Source of the DNA: a virus
Lineage: Duplodnaviria > Caudoviricetes
IMG/VR virus record: IMGVR_UViG_3300028920_000079
Span: 1 to 58,269 of that record
DNA length: 58,269 nucleotides
Direction: 5' to 3' (one strand)
Both the position numbers and the translations under genes were made by a program. The stretch's first letter is position 1. Each line of letters opens with the position of its first letter. A model generated the notes under the pieces. It saw nothing but the letters and a program-made list of their open reading frames with translations, was not told the origin of the DNA and made no database searches. This document shows, piece by piece, positions 24,701-34,629 of the stretch.

Positions 24701-27700
24701 AGAAGCATTTTCTGGTAACAAGCCAGCATTAACAACAGCCTGTAATGCCTCGTCTAATGTAGGTGCGTACGGATTTGAAGTCCTAAATACTAATGGAATA
24801 CGCTCAATCAGATCATAATACATGCCACGCTTTTCATCAGGCGACTTTCTGAATGATCGTATCTTGCCAACGTTACCGAGAATAAATTGCGGAATAGGAT
24901 CAGTCCATACATCACCAAGAAGTGCCGGTCTTCTTCCTTTTGCTAGCTCCTTTTCTTTCGCTTTCTTAACCCGTAATGCTTCTAAGTCAGATTCCATTTG
25001 TTGTTCATCAGCAAAGAATTGCTTGGCTGCTTGGGCTTGTGCTTTATCTTTGCTCTTCAGCTTCTTCTTAAATCGTGCAAGTCGTGCTGCTTTTTTACGA
25101 GTATGATTACGCGGGATCTGTGATAATTGTTCCAGCCAGTCTTGCTTTATCTTATCTACATTATCTTGTATTACGACATCTTCTACCTCGAAAGGTACTG
25201 CTTCCGGCGTAGGTTCAGGCGCAACGGCAGCCTCTTCCGCAGGTGTTGTCTTTACCGATTGCTCTCGAAGTGCTTTTACTTCAGGACTTTCAACATAATC
25301 TTTTCGGTAAACCCATTCGATTGCTTCGCGCATTGCCTCTCGTCTTGTAGGCATCGTGCCGCCTTTTTTGTTCCCATAAGCATCTACAGCTTGCCATGAA
25401 AATCCACGACCACCAAATTTATCCGTGGAAGGCTCAACACTAAGAACCTGACCTTTTGGCGTCGGCTCTTCTTTCGGCGGAACATACAGGTCGCCCTCGC
25501 GGGTCCAGCCTTGCAAAACATCGGGAACACTTTTTTGCAGAAGCTCTGCAGTTTTTGCATTGACCGGCTTTTTATTTCTAATCGCATCATAAACAACATA
25601 TTTATGAGACAAGAATTGTGTTACTTGAGATGCTTTCACGTTTCTATTAAGGCCTAACCAGTTTTCCATTGATCCGTGCATCGCATCTGTCGAAAGCCAT
25701 AAGTATAAATTGCCTTCCGAATCACGAGTAGATCGTGTTTTAGGTTCACCTTTAGGCGCGTCAGGATATTGCTCATCAAACTCGTTATTAAATACACCAT
25801 AATCTTCCGGCATAGGATTTTTAACAACGCGCACATCGACAGGGCCAATTTGAGCAACAAAGGATTCTCTAATGCCATCGCCTTTAGGTTCGGTTTTTTC
25901 ATATTCTTCTTGCGTCATCTGCTCAGGCGGCTTCTCAGGAACAGCCTCTTCCGCAACCTCTGGAATATCCGCAACCGGCGGCTCTTCGGAAAGTCTGTCT
26001 TGTCGATATTCCTGAAATAATCGTTCGGACTCAGCTTGTAAATCTCGCAACTCTTGACGTTTGGCATCATAATCATTTTTCAAACGATCTCTTTTTCGTC
26101 CAGTAATACCTGTGTTTTTCAATTGCTTACCGAGAGCGTTAATGTCTTTAGTTAACCTAGTTTCGGATTCTTCGTATCCTTCTAATTGTCCTTGAAAAAC
26201 ACCTAGATCATCAATCATAGGAATATCCGCAACCGGCGGCTCTTCTTGGAACCTGCCTTCAATTACAGGTGCTTCGGGTGCAGGCGGCTCAACTTCAGGT
26301 GCAGGTTCTACAGGCACAGGCTCTGGCTCGATAGGTGCAGCTTCTTCCTGCATTTGTGATTGTAATTGTTGCTGGATTCTTTGAAGATTTTCTTGAAGAT
26401 CTAAATAGGATTTCTCAACAATGCGGCCAGCCTTTTTTCGTGCGTCAACGATAAAATTAACCTTAGCTAGTTCGTGTTCAATAGATATCAACTCGTCGGC
26501 TACAGATTTCGGCTGTGTCGGGATAGGCGGTGGTTCTGCGGTGGGTGCCGCTTTAGGTGCGCCCGCTACTTGTTGCGTGATAGCAGAAGCAATTTTGCCG
26601 CCACCAAAAGTTGTTTTACCAAGCACATATCCTGCTAATGCGGCCTTCCATGCGTCCTTGTTAATAGTGCCAATGTCTAACGCATCAATTCGCTTCATAA
26701 CCTGATCACGTTCCGGTCCTTCAGGCAATGTTTGTGCATATTCTGTTAATGCTAATCCAGTAGCAACACCTTCTAGCATTGTCTGGCTATATTCTTCAGC
26801 ACCTTCCATTAAACCTGCCAGTTCGATTGCGCCTATACCCTTAAGAACTGATATCAAAGCCTTTTTCTGAAGTAAACCTGCGGCCTTGCCAACGGCCTTG
26901 GTTGCAACTTTCTTGCCTAAACCTGTCTTTGCTAATTGCTTGAATGGACCAATCAACACTCGTTCGCTTGCATACTCAATCATGCCGATTGTCGGTCCAA
27001 ACATATTGGTATACTTGTCTACTATTGCTTCATCCTTGACACCGCTTTGACGAAGACCGTTGGCAAAATCACCTGTTACATTTGCGATTAACACTGCCGC
27101 ACCTGCTGGATGTGCTGCGGATATAGTACGTGGCGCATTGTTCAAAAACATCACGGCAACTGCATCAGCCATGCGATTAACATGATTAAGATCCTTTAAC
27201 TTAGAAGGCTTCCAATTAGTCCAATCACTTATCAGCTCATTGGATTCCTGTGAGCTAACTCTAAATGGTTCTGGTACTGCTTCGCGCCACTTGTTTGCCA
27301 TCTCGACTGCTTCTGTACGGAACGATTGATCTAACTTCTTACGGGTAGATTCCGGCATAACCTTAACAACTTGGTTTAACACCTTTCTGTCAAGACCGCC
27401 CGGCGCAAACTCTAATGTTTTGATTAACGTCGGCAATGATTCGACAACGCCTGCACCCATATCTATCGTACCCGCTATACCTTGAGATAGCTTGTTTCCT
27501 ATCTCTTCAACGGTCTGGCCGATAACGAAGTCTGGATCTGTACGCAACCTACCTTCTTCAACCTTCGGCGCCGGTGCCTCTATCCGTTCCATAGGCACAC
27601 CCGGTAGAGCTGCCGGTGTAATCTCTGGCGTTGGCTCAGATGCCGGTGCAGGCTTAGGCATTGCGAAAGAAGGTGTCCCTGTCACTTCCGTTACGTCCGT

Positions 27701-27961
27701 CATGACATTGCTGACTGCCGGCATATGGGCAGGACGTGGTAATGCTAGGGCTTCTCGTTGCGGTGCAGGTCTAGGCTTCGCTGTAGCAAGACGACGAGCA
27801 AAAATATCATCCACTTCGGGATCTGTGCCTATAGATACACCTGAAGGTTGCATGTTAGAAATGGCAACAGGCTGTGTGGCCGCCGATTTTTGCATTAGCG
27901 CATTATTGAATATAGCGTCTACTTCAGGATCAAACCCTAAACTTGTAGCTTGTTGCGCCAT
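21794..27961 (-). CDS. Giant internal virion/ejection (large polyvalent-like) protein
   Basis: 2055 aa; last of three internal-protein-like genes; P/E-rich linkers; C-terminal hydrophobic LPD-like region. Confidence 0.7.
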   Translation of the reverse strand: MAQQATSLGFDPEVDAIFNNALMQKSAATQPVAISNMQPSGVSIGTDPEVDDIFARRLATAKPRPAPQREALALPRPAHMPAVSNVMTDVTEVTGTPSFAMPKPAPASEPTPEITPAALPGVPMERIEAPAPKVEEGRLRTDPDFVIGQTVEEIGNKLSQGIAGTIDMGAGVVESLPTLIKTLEFAPGGLDRKVLNQVVKVMPESTRKKLDQSFRTEAVEMANKWREAVPEPFRVSSQESNELISDWTNWKPSKLKDLNHVNRMADAVAVMFLNNAPRTISAAHPAGAAVLIANVTGDFANGLRQSGVKDEAIVDKYTNMFGPTIGMIEYASERVLIGPFKQLAKTGLGKKVATKAVGKAAGLLQKKALISVLKGIGAIELAGLMEGAEEYSQTMLEGVATGLALTEYAQTLPEGPERDQVMKRIDALDIGTINKDAWKAALAGYVLGKTTFGGGKIASAITQQVAGAPKAAPTAEPPPIPTQPKSVADELISIEHELAKVNFIVDARKKAGRIVEKSYLDLQENLQRIQQQLQSQMQEEAAPIEPEPVPVEPAPEVEPPAPEAPVIEGRFQEEPPVADIPMIDDLGVFQGQLEGYEESETRLTKDINALGKQLKNTGITGRKRDRLKNDYDAKRQELRDLQAESERLFQEYRQDRLSEEPPVADIPEVAEEAVPEKPPEQMTQEEYEKTEPKGDGIRESFVAQIGPVDVRVVKNPMPEDYGVFNNEFDEQYPDAPKGEPKTRSTRDSEGNLYLWLSTDAMHGSMENWLGLNRNVKASQVTQFLSHKYVVYDAIRNKKPVNAKTAELLQKSVPDVLQGWTREGDLYVPPKEEPTPKGQVLSVEPSTDKFGGRGFSWQAVDAYGNKKGGTMPTRREAMREAIEWVYRKDYVESPEVKALREQSVKTTPAEEAAVAPEPTPEAVPFEVEDVVIQDNVDKIKQDWLEQLSQIPRNHTRKKAARLARFKKKLKSKDKAQAQAAKQFFADEQQMESDLEALRVKKAKEKELAKGRRPALLGDVWTDPIPQFILGNVGKIRSFRKSPDEKRGMYYDLIERIPLVFRTSNPYAPTLDEALQAVVNAGLLPENASMDDLVTALQGKGRGRVVQDMPDSYWDALQAEAEAKQRELEERTDKVIAADMQVGDTFTIDGKPHEVIAETDTALQIKGPEEDIYLPYEPDLNEEFRIDKGSLKRPFALEAATEKELATEAETRRQQAEIERRAGAPIAGTAGDLTGELFDTRESEMPLFAEAIRKPTEPAKMEAPVEEPVAEEAVPVLEEVAAKTVEGTPVYDADTSGQHLESIIESFEAEPDIEVDIPEGMHERRTITRASEDPEFRQAVKETRDAGTNLAENTPIAQKVAEATEQATQDAAGLLEEARETKDSYDRVAKLTGILNAKNVDETTKRQALELAAEDWTVAGTLLRFAREFKLLTPEGRSDLHLRVVKKWMRDRRISTDSPKIKALLNRAAELFAQAEAIEDADARAAAVQNVIDTIVAELPRKEKAKFFWRAYLYSNMLSSPKSHERNIVGNSIMTGILAPGRLIFAGQPVEAARFAITSVQNIGQAWQEFRNAMNSYDTSKLFEEVGETTLDEAVNKRLPAAVTFIGRFLEAQDKFFSTILKESAAQRLIKKGVTPEVAYQKAEEQAQKLLFRQELGETMTDTTENVINRFLDAFGYSLQKMRSMPYIGPFFAPFARFLRTPTKIAQEGVNTSFLPFIAGLPLTKNRIAKERYGQKFNNLTKEQQILVDDEIRLRTGQALFGTTVSFIGMMLAIAGRTTWAPPRDPEAKKAFYMGRKPYSIRIGDYDVPLWTFGPFALALAIPAAIRDKVADDPTYANASNVAKFAGAIKGLNRWYLTQTPFAALNGFINAIDMDDYSFARNFGFTAGQVIPASGLLRYVNEWIDRPYRNPETATQALVKDIPFLRELLGEYIPPYLTPEGKPAERTPLDILPPYSIGKLNPVYEELYQDRMTVLRDRRKNDKTVDEMIAKVMTREYDPMHVMAFIYAIPNKKEQSRLRQRLTRRADVKQVFDPYLEDTKRRKKTKRIQRLRKLRAQ

Positions 27962-27966
27962 AATGA

Positions 27967-29193
27967 TTACATTCCTATCCCGGCTTGCTGAATTTCATTT
28001 TGAGCATTGTTCTTAAGCGTTGATTTATACGCTTGCAAGATTGCTTTGTACTCTTCAACTAATGGTGCGGTTTGAGGATTTTGAGCATATGGACTATCTG
28101 ATTTCAATGCGCCTTTATTTTCAAGCACAAGTGCTTCTTTAATCTTTTGATCAGTTGCATCCCACACGCCATTATTATTCGAGTCAACTTCATCAAATGA
28201 TATAGGTATTTGATTCGCACCTGCAAGCTTAGACCATGCTTCCTTTTGTGCCATTGCCTGCTGTTCAGGTGCCGGTGGCGTAGGAACAGCCTGAGCAAGT
28301 GCCGAAGGTTCCGGTGGTGCTGCGGGTGTCGGTGCAGGTGCAGGTGTAAGTGCGCCTGCTTCCGGCGATGGTGCAAACTCATCCGGTTGAGCTTGAGCAG
28401 TTTTAGCTTGGCGATTACGAATCCTAATTAAGAAGTCGCGTTCCGTGTCTGTTAAAGAACGAGTACGCGCTGTTGCCGCCAATTCTTTTGCTGTCTGAAC
28501 ATCTTCAGGACTAGGCGGTCTAATAGCCTGCTGTGATCGGCCTAACCGTTGATCAATCTCTTGTTGCAAGAAGTCAGCTAAGGCATAATCTTTACCTTCT
28601 AACGCTGTCAACTTTAGTTGTGTCAGATCGTTAATTCGAGAAGTTCCTAACGTAGTCCCTGCATATGGACGTTGCGTTTTTTCTTGTTCTTTCGGTCTAT
28701 TCTTCTCGTACACAATAGAAGCCAACTGTCGTGTAACCGCTGTCTTATTAGGATGAGTAAACTTCGGATAGAACATGGATTGGTGCATGTCTACGCTGCC
28801 AACTTTGCGTTGACCGTCCGGCATAATAATCTCAATCTGATTACCCTGCTTAACAAACCGCGTACCCTCTGCTTCAAGCTGCTTCAAGACATTGGGAAAC
28901 TGAGCAGTCAAATCACCGTCCGGCATGAAGCGCATACTCTCAAGCATTAAGATGCTCTGCATAGCCTTCTGTTCTTCAGGCGTAATTACCTGCGGTGATA
29001 CGGTTTGCGGAGTCGGCTGTGCAAAACGAGCTTCTTCCAATGCCATACGCCGTTCCTGAAGATCCGCTGTACGTGCCGCTTCTTGTTGTCGCAAGGCCTG
29101 TTGCTGCTGTTTAGAACGTAACCCGCGTCCTGTCGTAAACCCTTTAGCAAAACCGGAAAGTCCTGCACCTAATGCGCCTTCAAAACTAGCCAT
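27967..29193 (-). CDS. Internal virion (ejection) protein
   Basis: GALGAGLSGFAKGF N-terminus, Q/A-rich, position. Confidence 0.6.
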   Translation of the reverse strand: MASFEGALGAGLSGFAKGFTTGRGLRSKQQQQALRQQEAARTADLQERRMALEEARFAQPTPQTVSPQVITPEEQKAMQSILMLESMRFMPDGDLTAQFPNVLKQLEAEGTRFVKQGNQIEIIMPDGQRKVGSVDMHQSMFYPKFTHPNKTAVTRQLASIVYEKNRPKEQEKTQRPYAGTTLGTSRINDLTQLKLTALEGKDYALADFLQQEIDQRLGRSQQAIRPPSPEDVQTAKELAATARTRSLTDTERDFLIRIRNRQAKTAQAQPDEFAPSPEAGALTPAPAPTPAAPPEPSALAQAVPTPPAPEQQAMAQKEAWSKLAGANQIPISFDEVDSNNNGVWDATDQKIKEALVLENKGALKSDSPYAQNPQTAPLVEEYKAILQAYKSTLKNNAQNEIQQAGIGM

Positions 29194-29215
29194 TGTATTT
29201 ATCCTCGTTTTAGTC

Positions 29216-30151
29216 TTAGTACCAATCTAAGGGACTCAGCGAAGTTCGGGATGAACTTTGACCACCCAAACCTGTAAACAAACCAGCTATATTGCCAATC
29301 CCACCAATCATTGCTGCGCGATTTTGGGCACCTGCTTGTCGTAACTGCATAGATTCATTCATTCGCGCCAATTCCATTTGCTGTTGTCTATTTAATGCAT
29401 TTTCTTGTCCTGCAAATGCACGTTGCAAAGCATTCTGTTGTGCTTGTGCCGTAAGTCCTGCACTCTGACCAAGGGTACTAGCCAATCCACCAGCACCAGC
29501 CCCGTATGCCTGTGTCCCTAATGCCGCTGCCTGCAATGCCGGTCCCGGTGCCTGCATACCAAGTGCGACACCTTCAAGCTGGCGTTGCCGCTGTTGTTGT
29601 CGAACACCAGCTCTTGCCTGTGTTTTAGCACCAGCTTCTGCTGCTGCTCTGGCTAATGCCACATCGCGCTGCAATGCTTGTGATCGGGCTGACGTAGGTG
29701 AAATACCTAAACGTGAAAGCTGGCGTTCCTGTTGTTCAGGTATTGCGGCATATGCTTGCCTAACTTCCGATCCTGCTCTTTCTGCGGCCTGTTGCTGCAT
29801 AAGACCAATAGGTGCAAAAGATTCCTTAATAGTCTGTTGAATGTGTGGCTTGGCACTCGTGAACAGCTCGAACATCTCTCGCGCTCGCATAGCCTGCTCT
29901 TCGCCTGATGCTGTAGCAAACTCAAAGAACTTTCGCTGTGCTTCGATAGCTTCAAGCTCCTCTGGTGTCAGCTCGCGAGTCAAGTCAATAAAAATATTTT
30001 GTCCCGCATCTGCTCTATCTATTGCACCCGTTAAGCCCTTACCTAATCTTCCCATTTCTTCGGAAGTTAAAACAGGTGCATTCGGATCATTAGCATTATC
30101 GCCAATAGGCCGATAAATTGGTACTTGTTCGCCTTGTCCCGGTGTTACCAT
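29216..30151 (-). CDS. Internal virion (ejection) protein
   Basis: Q/A/G-rich, Gly-rich hydrophobic C-terminus. Confidence 0.6.
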   Translation of the reverse strand: MVTPGQGEQVPIYRPIGDNANDPNAPVLTSEEMGRLGKGLTGAIDRADAGQNIFIDLTRELTPEELEAIEAQRKFFEFATASGEEQAMRAREMFELFTSAKPHIQQTIKESFAPIGLMQQQAAERAGSEVRQAYAAIPEQQERQLSRLGISPTSARSQALQRDVALARAAAEAGAKTQARAGVRQQQRQRQLEGVALGMQAPGPALQAAALGTQAYGAGAGGLASTLGQSAGLTAQAQQNALQRAFAGQENALNRQQQMELARMNESMQLRQAGAQNRAAMIGGIGNIAGLFTGLGGQSSSRTSLSPLDWY

Positions 30152-30161
30152 AACAATTCTC

Positions 30162-30740
30162 CTAATCGCTAACAATGTACTGGAAGTACAAGTTCAATTC
30201 ACCCGCAGTTAGATTTTCCGCCGCAAGCGTAAGGACGATATTCCTTGCCGCTGTTGAAATAGTGGTGAAATTGGCCGCTGTACCGTCAGGAACTGCATCA
30301 TGTGCACCTGCATCCCATACATTTCCACCTGCACTGATAGCTGTAGTATTGACTATACCGGTTGTATCATCAGTTCCTACACCTATTGCTATGGTTGCCG
30401 CATCAGTAGCCGACTGAAAAGTAGTCTCGACAATATAGAACGCTCGAACAATATAAGCATTATCAGGAATCTTCGGCCCTAATGTATATGGACTTGCCGC
30501 AACCGTTTTACCGGCAGTAGCATCAAAATTAGCCCTAACCCAAGGATTGCTGATCTGCGCCCACTGTAAGGTAGAATTGCTAATCAGTATCCAGAACGAT
30601 CCATCGTCTTCCTGCCTCGCAACCTTGCCAATATCAGAAGATGTCATAGTTGTGACAGCTTCTCGTTCTGCGGCATCGTCATACGAAAAAGCATGAAGGT
30701 TATGTAAGTTAGTCGTTACCAATTCTTTATGTAAGGCCAT
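30162..30740 (-). CDS. Virion structural protein
   Basis: Short fibre-like N-terminus plus decoration-like beta C-domain. Confidence 0.55.
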   Translation of the reverse strand: MALHKELVTTNLHNLHAFSYDDAAEREAVTTMTSSDIGKVARQEDDGSFWILISNSTLQWAQISNPWVRANFDATAGKTVAASPYTLGPKIPDNAYIVRAFYIVETTFQSATDAATIAIGVGTDDTTGIVNTTAISAGGNVWDAGAHDAVPDGTAANFTTISTAARNIVLTLAAENLTAGELNLYFQYIVSD

Positions 30741-30758
30741 GGTCTGTTCTTCCTTAAA

Positions 30759-31079
30759 CTACGGTTGAATTGTGACAGTATTACCGTCATTATCTGTCAC
30801 AAGATTGCCATCTTCATCGAATACATTCAGATAATCACCCTCTACAAGTACATCCTGAAACGGTACAGGTGCCGCCAAATTCGGATTATATACGACATTA
30901 TTAGCGTCAACTCCGATAACACCTATATCACGTAATTGCTGTACTGTCAAAAAGCTATCGAGAAAATTCCCCTCCCTGCCTAATCCTATCTGCAGGATCT
31001 TGGACAACGCTTCAAGGATCTGACGTACCTTAAGATCCTCAATATGCGTTGCACTCGGAATACCTCTCTTTATAGCCAT
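30759..31079 (-). CDS. Tail-associated protein
   Basis: Follows nozzle gene; IP..L..L...G..G..LD. Confidence 0.5.
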   Translation of the reverse strand: MAIKRGIPSATHIEDLKVRQILEALSKILQIGLGREGNFLDSFLTVQQLRDIGVIGVDANNVVYNPNLAAPVPFQDVLVEGDYLNVFDEDGNLVTDNDGNTVTIQP

Positions 31080-31082
31080 AGC

Positions 31083-33194
31083 TTACAAATCCTGCATACT
31101 CGTGCTCAGGACAATACTCTCTATCTCATCATCCGAAACAACCTCTATTTCCCACGTCTTCTCATCCCGTAACACCTTGAGCTTACGGGCTTTATCGTTG
31201 GTAACTGAAAGAGACAAGACGGCTGTAGCGTTCTCGTTGGCATATAAGTTAAGAGTAACTGGATATGTATTTGCTACCACCTGAGTCACGCTAGGCGACC
31301 ACCGTCTTGGAAGTTGATAAATCTTTCCGCGCCATGTACCTGTAAGATTAGACGAGCCTTGCCGCCAACCTTTAACAGCATCACCCTGTATCAGGTACAG
31401 TACATCCGTCTCATCGTCGGAATATAGACCGGCTGTAGTCTCATCAGTTTCAACCAAGGTTGAAGCACCTTCGCCGAAGTCAAAGATGATACCTGTGCTA
31501 TCTGTCCAGCCATGATATATCCCGTCATGCACTTCACCTATCATAGTATCAGGGTCTATTGCATTCCACTGCTCACGAGTATAGAAGGATTCGGTCACTA
31601 GAGTGCCTAGACCGGCCTGTACGGCCACTAAACCGTCCGGGCTAGGGTAAACTACGGTTTCGGCTATTCTCGCCATTCCTCGCTTGGATACGCAAGCCTG
31701 ACGGATACTGAGCTGGGCTACTGACATTGCATCGGGTTCGTAGCCGGTAATCGCATAGGGTATGCCTTCTGTGCCGACAACAAGTGTATTCTCGGATACT
31801 TGTAGCCCTACAATATCTTCGTCTATTGTAATGGCATAGTCTTCCGGCCATGCGTGAGGCTGATTTATTGCTGAGAAGAAGACTGTTTTACCCTTGAATG
31901 CGGCAAGAAACCCGCCGGGCATACTGACTACACCCTTCAAGCTTGAGTCAGGTGCATCCCAATTGGCTGAAGGTAGGACTTCATCTGTCTCGTCGTCTGT
32001 CAATGAATCGGTATACGAGGTTGTAGCAAGGTCTATCTCGGCAACGTAATAGTAGTCTGTACCGGCATTTGTGGTAACTGTCCGATATATCCGCTTCTTC
32101 GTTACATTGGCGTACCCGGTAACTGACGTGTCCATATTGCTTACCACAGCGTCCTGCGTTGGATCTATATCGACTGCGGTACTTGGACTGGAAGGCGGTC
32201 CTTCTTCGCCCCAATCGGTAACAAAGGTGTAAACATATGCTCTTGATACGGTATAGTCGGCAGCTCTGCTGGTATCGTATGTGATGGTAAGCGTACATTC
32301 GGGTGAAGTAGAGCTGTTGACCTGTGTTGATGTACCGCTTGCACCGTCCAGTACGAAGTCTGTATTGCTTGCATATTGGCTTGTTGCCGGATAACAGGTG
32401 CCTAAGCTTGCACCGTCTGCACTTGCGGCTGTAAACCAGAGAATGAACTTAGCATCTGCACTGGCTGTAGTCTTTGTAGGAATAGTCTCGATCCGATATG
32501 ATTTACCGGGTGTAACTTCATTGACATTAGTACCGCTGTAAGCACCCTCAGTAAGTGTACCTGTCTGTGATACTGTACCGTCCGGCTCTTCGTAGTAATA
32601 GTACCAGCTTCGCGTCCATGTAACAGAAGCTTTATCTGAGGCTGTAATCGTTGGTGTATTCGTCGGAACCGGCAGTCCAAGGGTATACTCTGACTCGTCT
32701 GCATCGACAAGCGTCAAGGATGTCATTTCCCATACAACTGTCCCGTCTGTAACGGTATCGCCTACACCTTTTCCGCTAATACTGGGTGCTGCTGCTGCGG
32801 AAGTACCACCGGTTGTAACTTCCCATACGGTTGTGCCGGTTTCCCATCGCGCTTTCTGGCCTAACGTATAGGCTGTAGAGTTCTCGCGGATAAGTACACC
32901 TCTAACCTTGGGTGCATCGTCTCCGGTATAATATATCCTTGCTCTCTGATCGTCGGCAATAGGACTTTTTACTACGTCTACATCGGTTGTCCAAGATAAC
33001 CATGCACCGTTGTATGAGTAGATAGATATACGGCTGGAATCCGGCAAGGTAGCAACATCGCTTAGACCGGCCAATGGTTTGATATTCCCTGATTTCAGGT
33101 CGAGGTTAGTAGCAACCTGAGCCTGCGTGTCCGATAATAGTCTCGGTGCTATCCTCGGAACAAGTCCTTGAAATCCTGTGAGTTTAATCTTCAT
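31083..33194 (-). CDS. Tail nozzle/stabilisation protein (beta-propeller type)
   Basis: F.G..PR..PRLL..AQ.A.N; RAYVYTFVT.WGEE..PS; PHAWP..Y; CVSKR. Confidence 0.75.
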   Translation of the reverse strand: MKIKLTGFQGLVPRIAPRLLSDTQAQVATNLDLKSGNIKPLAGLSDVATLPDSSRISIYSYNGAWLSWTTDVDVVKSPIADDQRARIYYTGDDAPKVRGVLIRENSTAYTLGQKARWETGTTVWEVTTGGTSAAAAPSISGKGVGDTVTDGTVVWEMTSLTLVDADESEYTLGLPVPTNTPTITASDKASVTWTRSWYYYYEEPDGTVSQTGTLTEGAYSGTNVNEVTPGKSYRIETIPTKTTASADAKFILWFTAASADGASLGTCYPATSQYASNTDFVLDGASGTSTQVNSSTSPECTLTITYDTSRAADYTVSRAYVYTFVTDWGEEGPPSSPSTAVDIDPTQDAVVSNMDTSVTGYANVTKKRIYRTVTTNAGTDYYYVAEIDLATTSYTDSLTDDETDEVLPSANWDAPDSSLKGVVSMPGGFLAAFKGKTVFFSAINQPHAWPEDYAITIDEDIVGLQVSENTLVVGTEGIPYAITGYEPDAMSVAQLSIRQACVSKRGMARIAETVVYPSPDGLVAVQAGLGTLVTESFYTREQWNAIDPDTMIGEVHDGIYHGWTDSTGIIFDFGEGASTLVETDETTAGLYSDDETDVLYLIQGDAVKGWRQGSSNLTGTWRGKIYQLPRRWSPSVTQVVANTYPVTLNLYANENATAVLSLSVTNDKARKLKVLRDEKTWEIEVVSDDEIESIVLSTSMQDL

Positions 33195-33675
33195 CTAATG
33201 ACTTTGGTAACGTGTATTCTTTGTTGTAATGATACCATGCAACCCACCCGCCTAGCCGGACACCTCTGTAAATGGACCAAGCTCTAAACTTGTTAGTGCC
33301 GCCTAAACGACAAGCATCGTAAAGAATCTCATCCCATTCCGCTCTACTCAAAATACATGAATATCCGGTCAATACGTTATAGCGAGGCTTAAATCTGTTC
33401 CGATAGCCGTGATCGTGGATAACTGCGCCGCAAGTCTCTCGCTTGTTCACGCCGTAAAAAATACGTAATAGCCTCGGAATGCTGGCTAGATCGGATAAGA
33501 AGCTATCTTCTATTTCTACGCCCCAGCCCCTCCTGCTTATATAAAGGAACGGTTTAGCAACTTTCCATTGCTTGTGCTCACCGAAAGGCGGATAAAGTAA
33601 AGGCTCGCCGCAAGGCAAACAACCGTAAGGCTGAAGCATTGAGGAATCATATTCACTTAAAAAAAGTTGCTTCAT
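33184..33675 (-). CDS. DUF1353-like protein
   Basis: F.SDLASIPR..AVIHD..Y..R...D....Y.GVRLGG. Confidence 0.8.
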   Translation of the reverse strand: MKQLFLSEYDSSMLQPYGCLPCGEPLLYPPFGEHKQWKVAKPFLYISRRGWGVEIEDSFLSDLASIPRLLRIFYGVNKRETCGAVIHDHGYRNRFKPRYNVLTGYSCILSRAEWDEILYDACRLGGTNKFRAWSIYRGVRLGGWVAWYHYNKEYTLPKSLDED

Positions 33676-33708
33676 TTTAATCGCTTTTATATGAATTCTG
33701 CTGCAATC

Positions 33709-34143
33709 TTAAAATCGCACGAAGTAAATTGATTTACGCTCTTTATCAGACAGTTTCAAAAATCTACAAGTTTGCGGTTCAAAGAATCGAAGTTGAGCTT
33801 TCTTGCCTATAATGATAGCGTTAATAGCATGATGCCCACCTTTGTCCTGCTTAAACCATACTTCAGCAATAGCGGGACCGTCAGAACCTTTACCTTTCTT
33901 CTCCCACGCATAATACATCCGGGCCAGTGCGTGATACAGCCCCGCGAAATCGTCACAGTCCCAGTCATGCCGCCACTTGTCGAGATTGGCTTTCTTCAGC
34001 GTGTCCTTAAACCATGGGTTCATCTTGTTGCGGACCCACGATTCCGATACCGATTCATACTTTGCGTCGGCGAATCGGACCTGTTTGCCGGAAAACAATA
34101 ACTTGATAATGCTGGGTGATATAGTTGTCATGGTGTCCACCAT
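33709..34143 (-). CDS. Papain/transglutaminase-like fold protein
   Basis: D..Y..WDCDDFA..HAIN..FFEPQT. Confidence 0.6.
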   Translation of the reverse strand: MVDTMTTISPSIIKLLFSGKQVRFADAKYESVSESWVRNKMNPWFKDTLKKANLDKWRHDWDCDDFAGLYHALARMYYAWEKKGKGSDGPAIAEVWFKQDKGGHHAINAIIIGKKAQLRFFEPQTCRFLKLSDKERKSIYFVRF

Positions 34144-34427
34144 TCGAGGAAGTTCTTAAAGGCCGTAACAAACACTGCTGCGCCGCCACCGCCAAGTGCT
34201 GCGCCGCCGAACGAAATACCCCGGTTGCCATTCTCAACCTTCTTCAGCCGGTTGTGCAGCGTCACGCCGAAGCCACAGCCGTCCCGGTTCATCGTTTTCA
34301 CGTCTTCGACCAGTACCTTGACCGTATCGTGCGTGGACTTCAGACCGCCCTTGAGTTCCCCGATGTCCTCTTTTATGCCCATCAAGATGGCCGTAAGATC
34401 CTGTGTGCTTCCCCTGTCAGCAGCCAT
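34128..34427 (-). CDS. Holin-like coiled coil with C-terminal TM
   Basis: Coiled coil then GGAALGGGGAAVFV. Confidence 0.5.
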   Translation of the reverse strand: MAADRGSTQDLTAILMGIKEDIGELKGGLKSTHDTVKVLVEDVKTMNRDGCGFGVTLHNRLKKVENGNRGISFGGAALGGGGAAVFVTAFKNFLEWWTP

Positions 34428-34445
34428 ATTATCCTCTTTTCCCCT

Positions 34446-34553
34446 TTATCGTATGCCGAGTATAAATTCATAAGCCAGCCCGATAAGTACCCCGATCATC
34501 ATCAGGCCGAACAGTATCTCAATCAATATCCAAGCTGGATCTTTTTGCGTCAT
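34446..34553 (-). CDS. Small TM peptide
   Basis: AWILIEILFGLMMIGVLIGLAYEFILG. Confidence 0.45.
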   Translation of the reverse strand: MTQKDPAWILIEILFGLMMIGVLIGLAYEFILGIR

Positions 34554-34629
34554 TGTCCATACACCATTATGTGAGCCAGTACACAGAAGAAGGCAATAAT
34601 CAACAACACCAATATGGTCCACGCTATTT

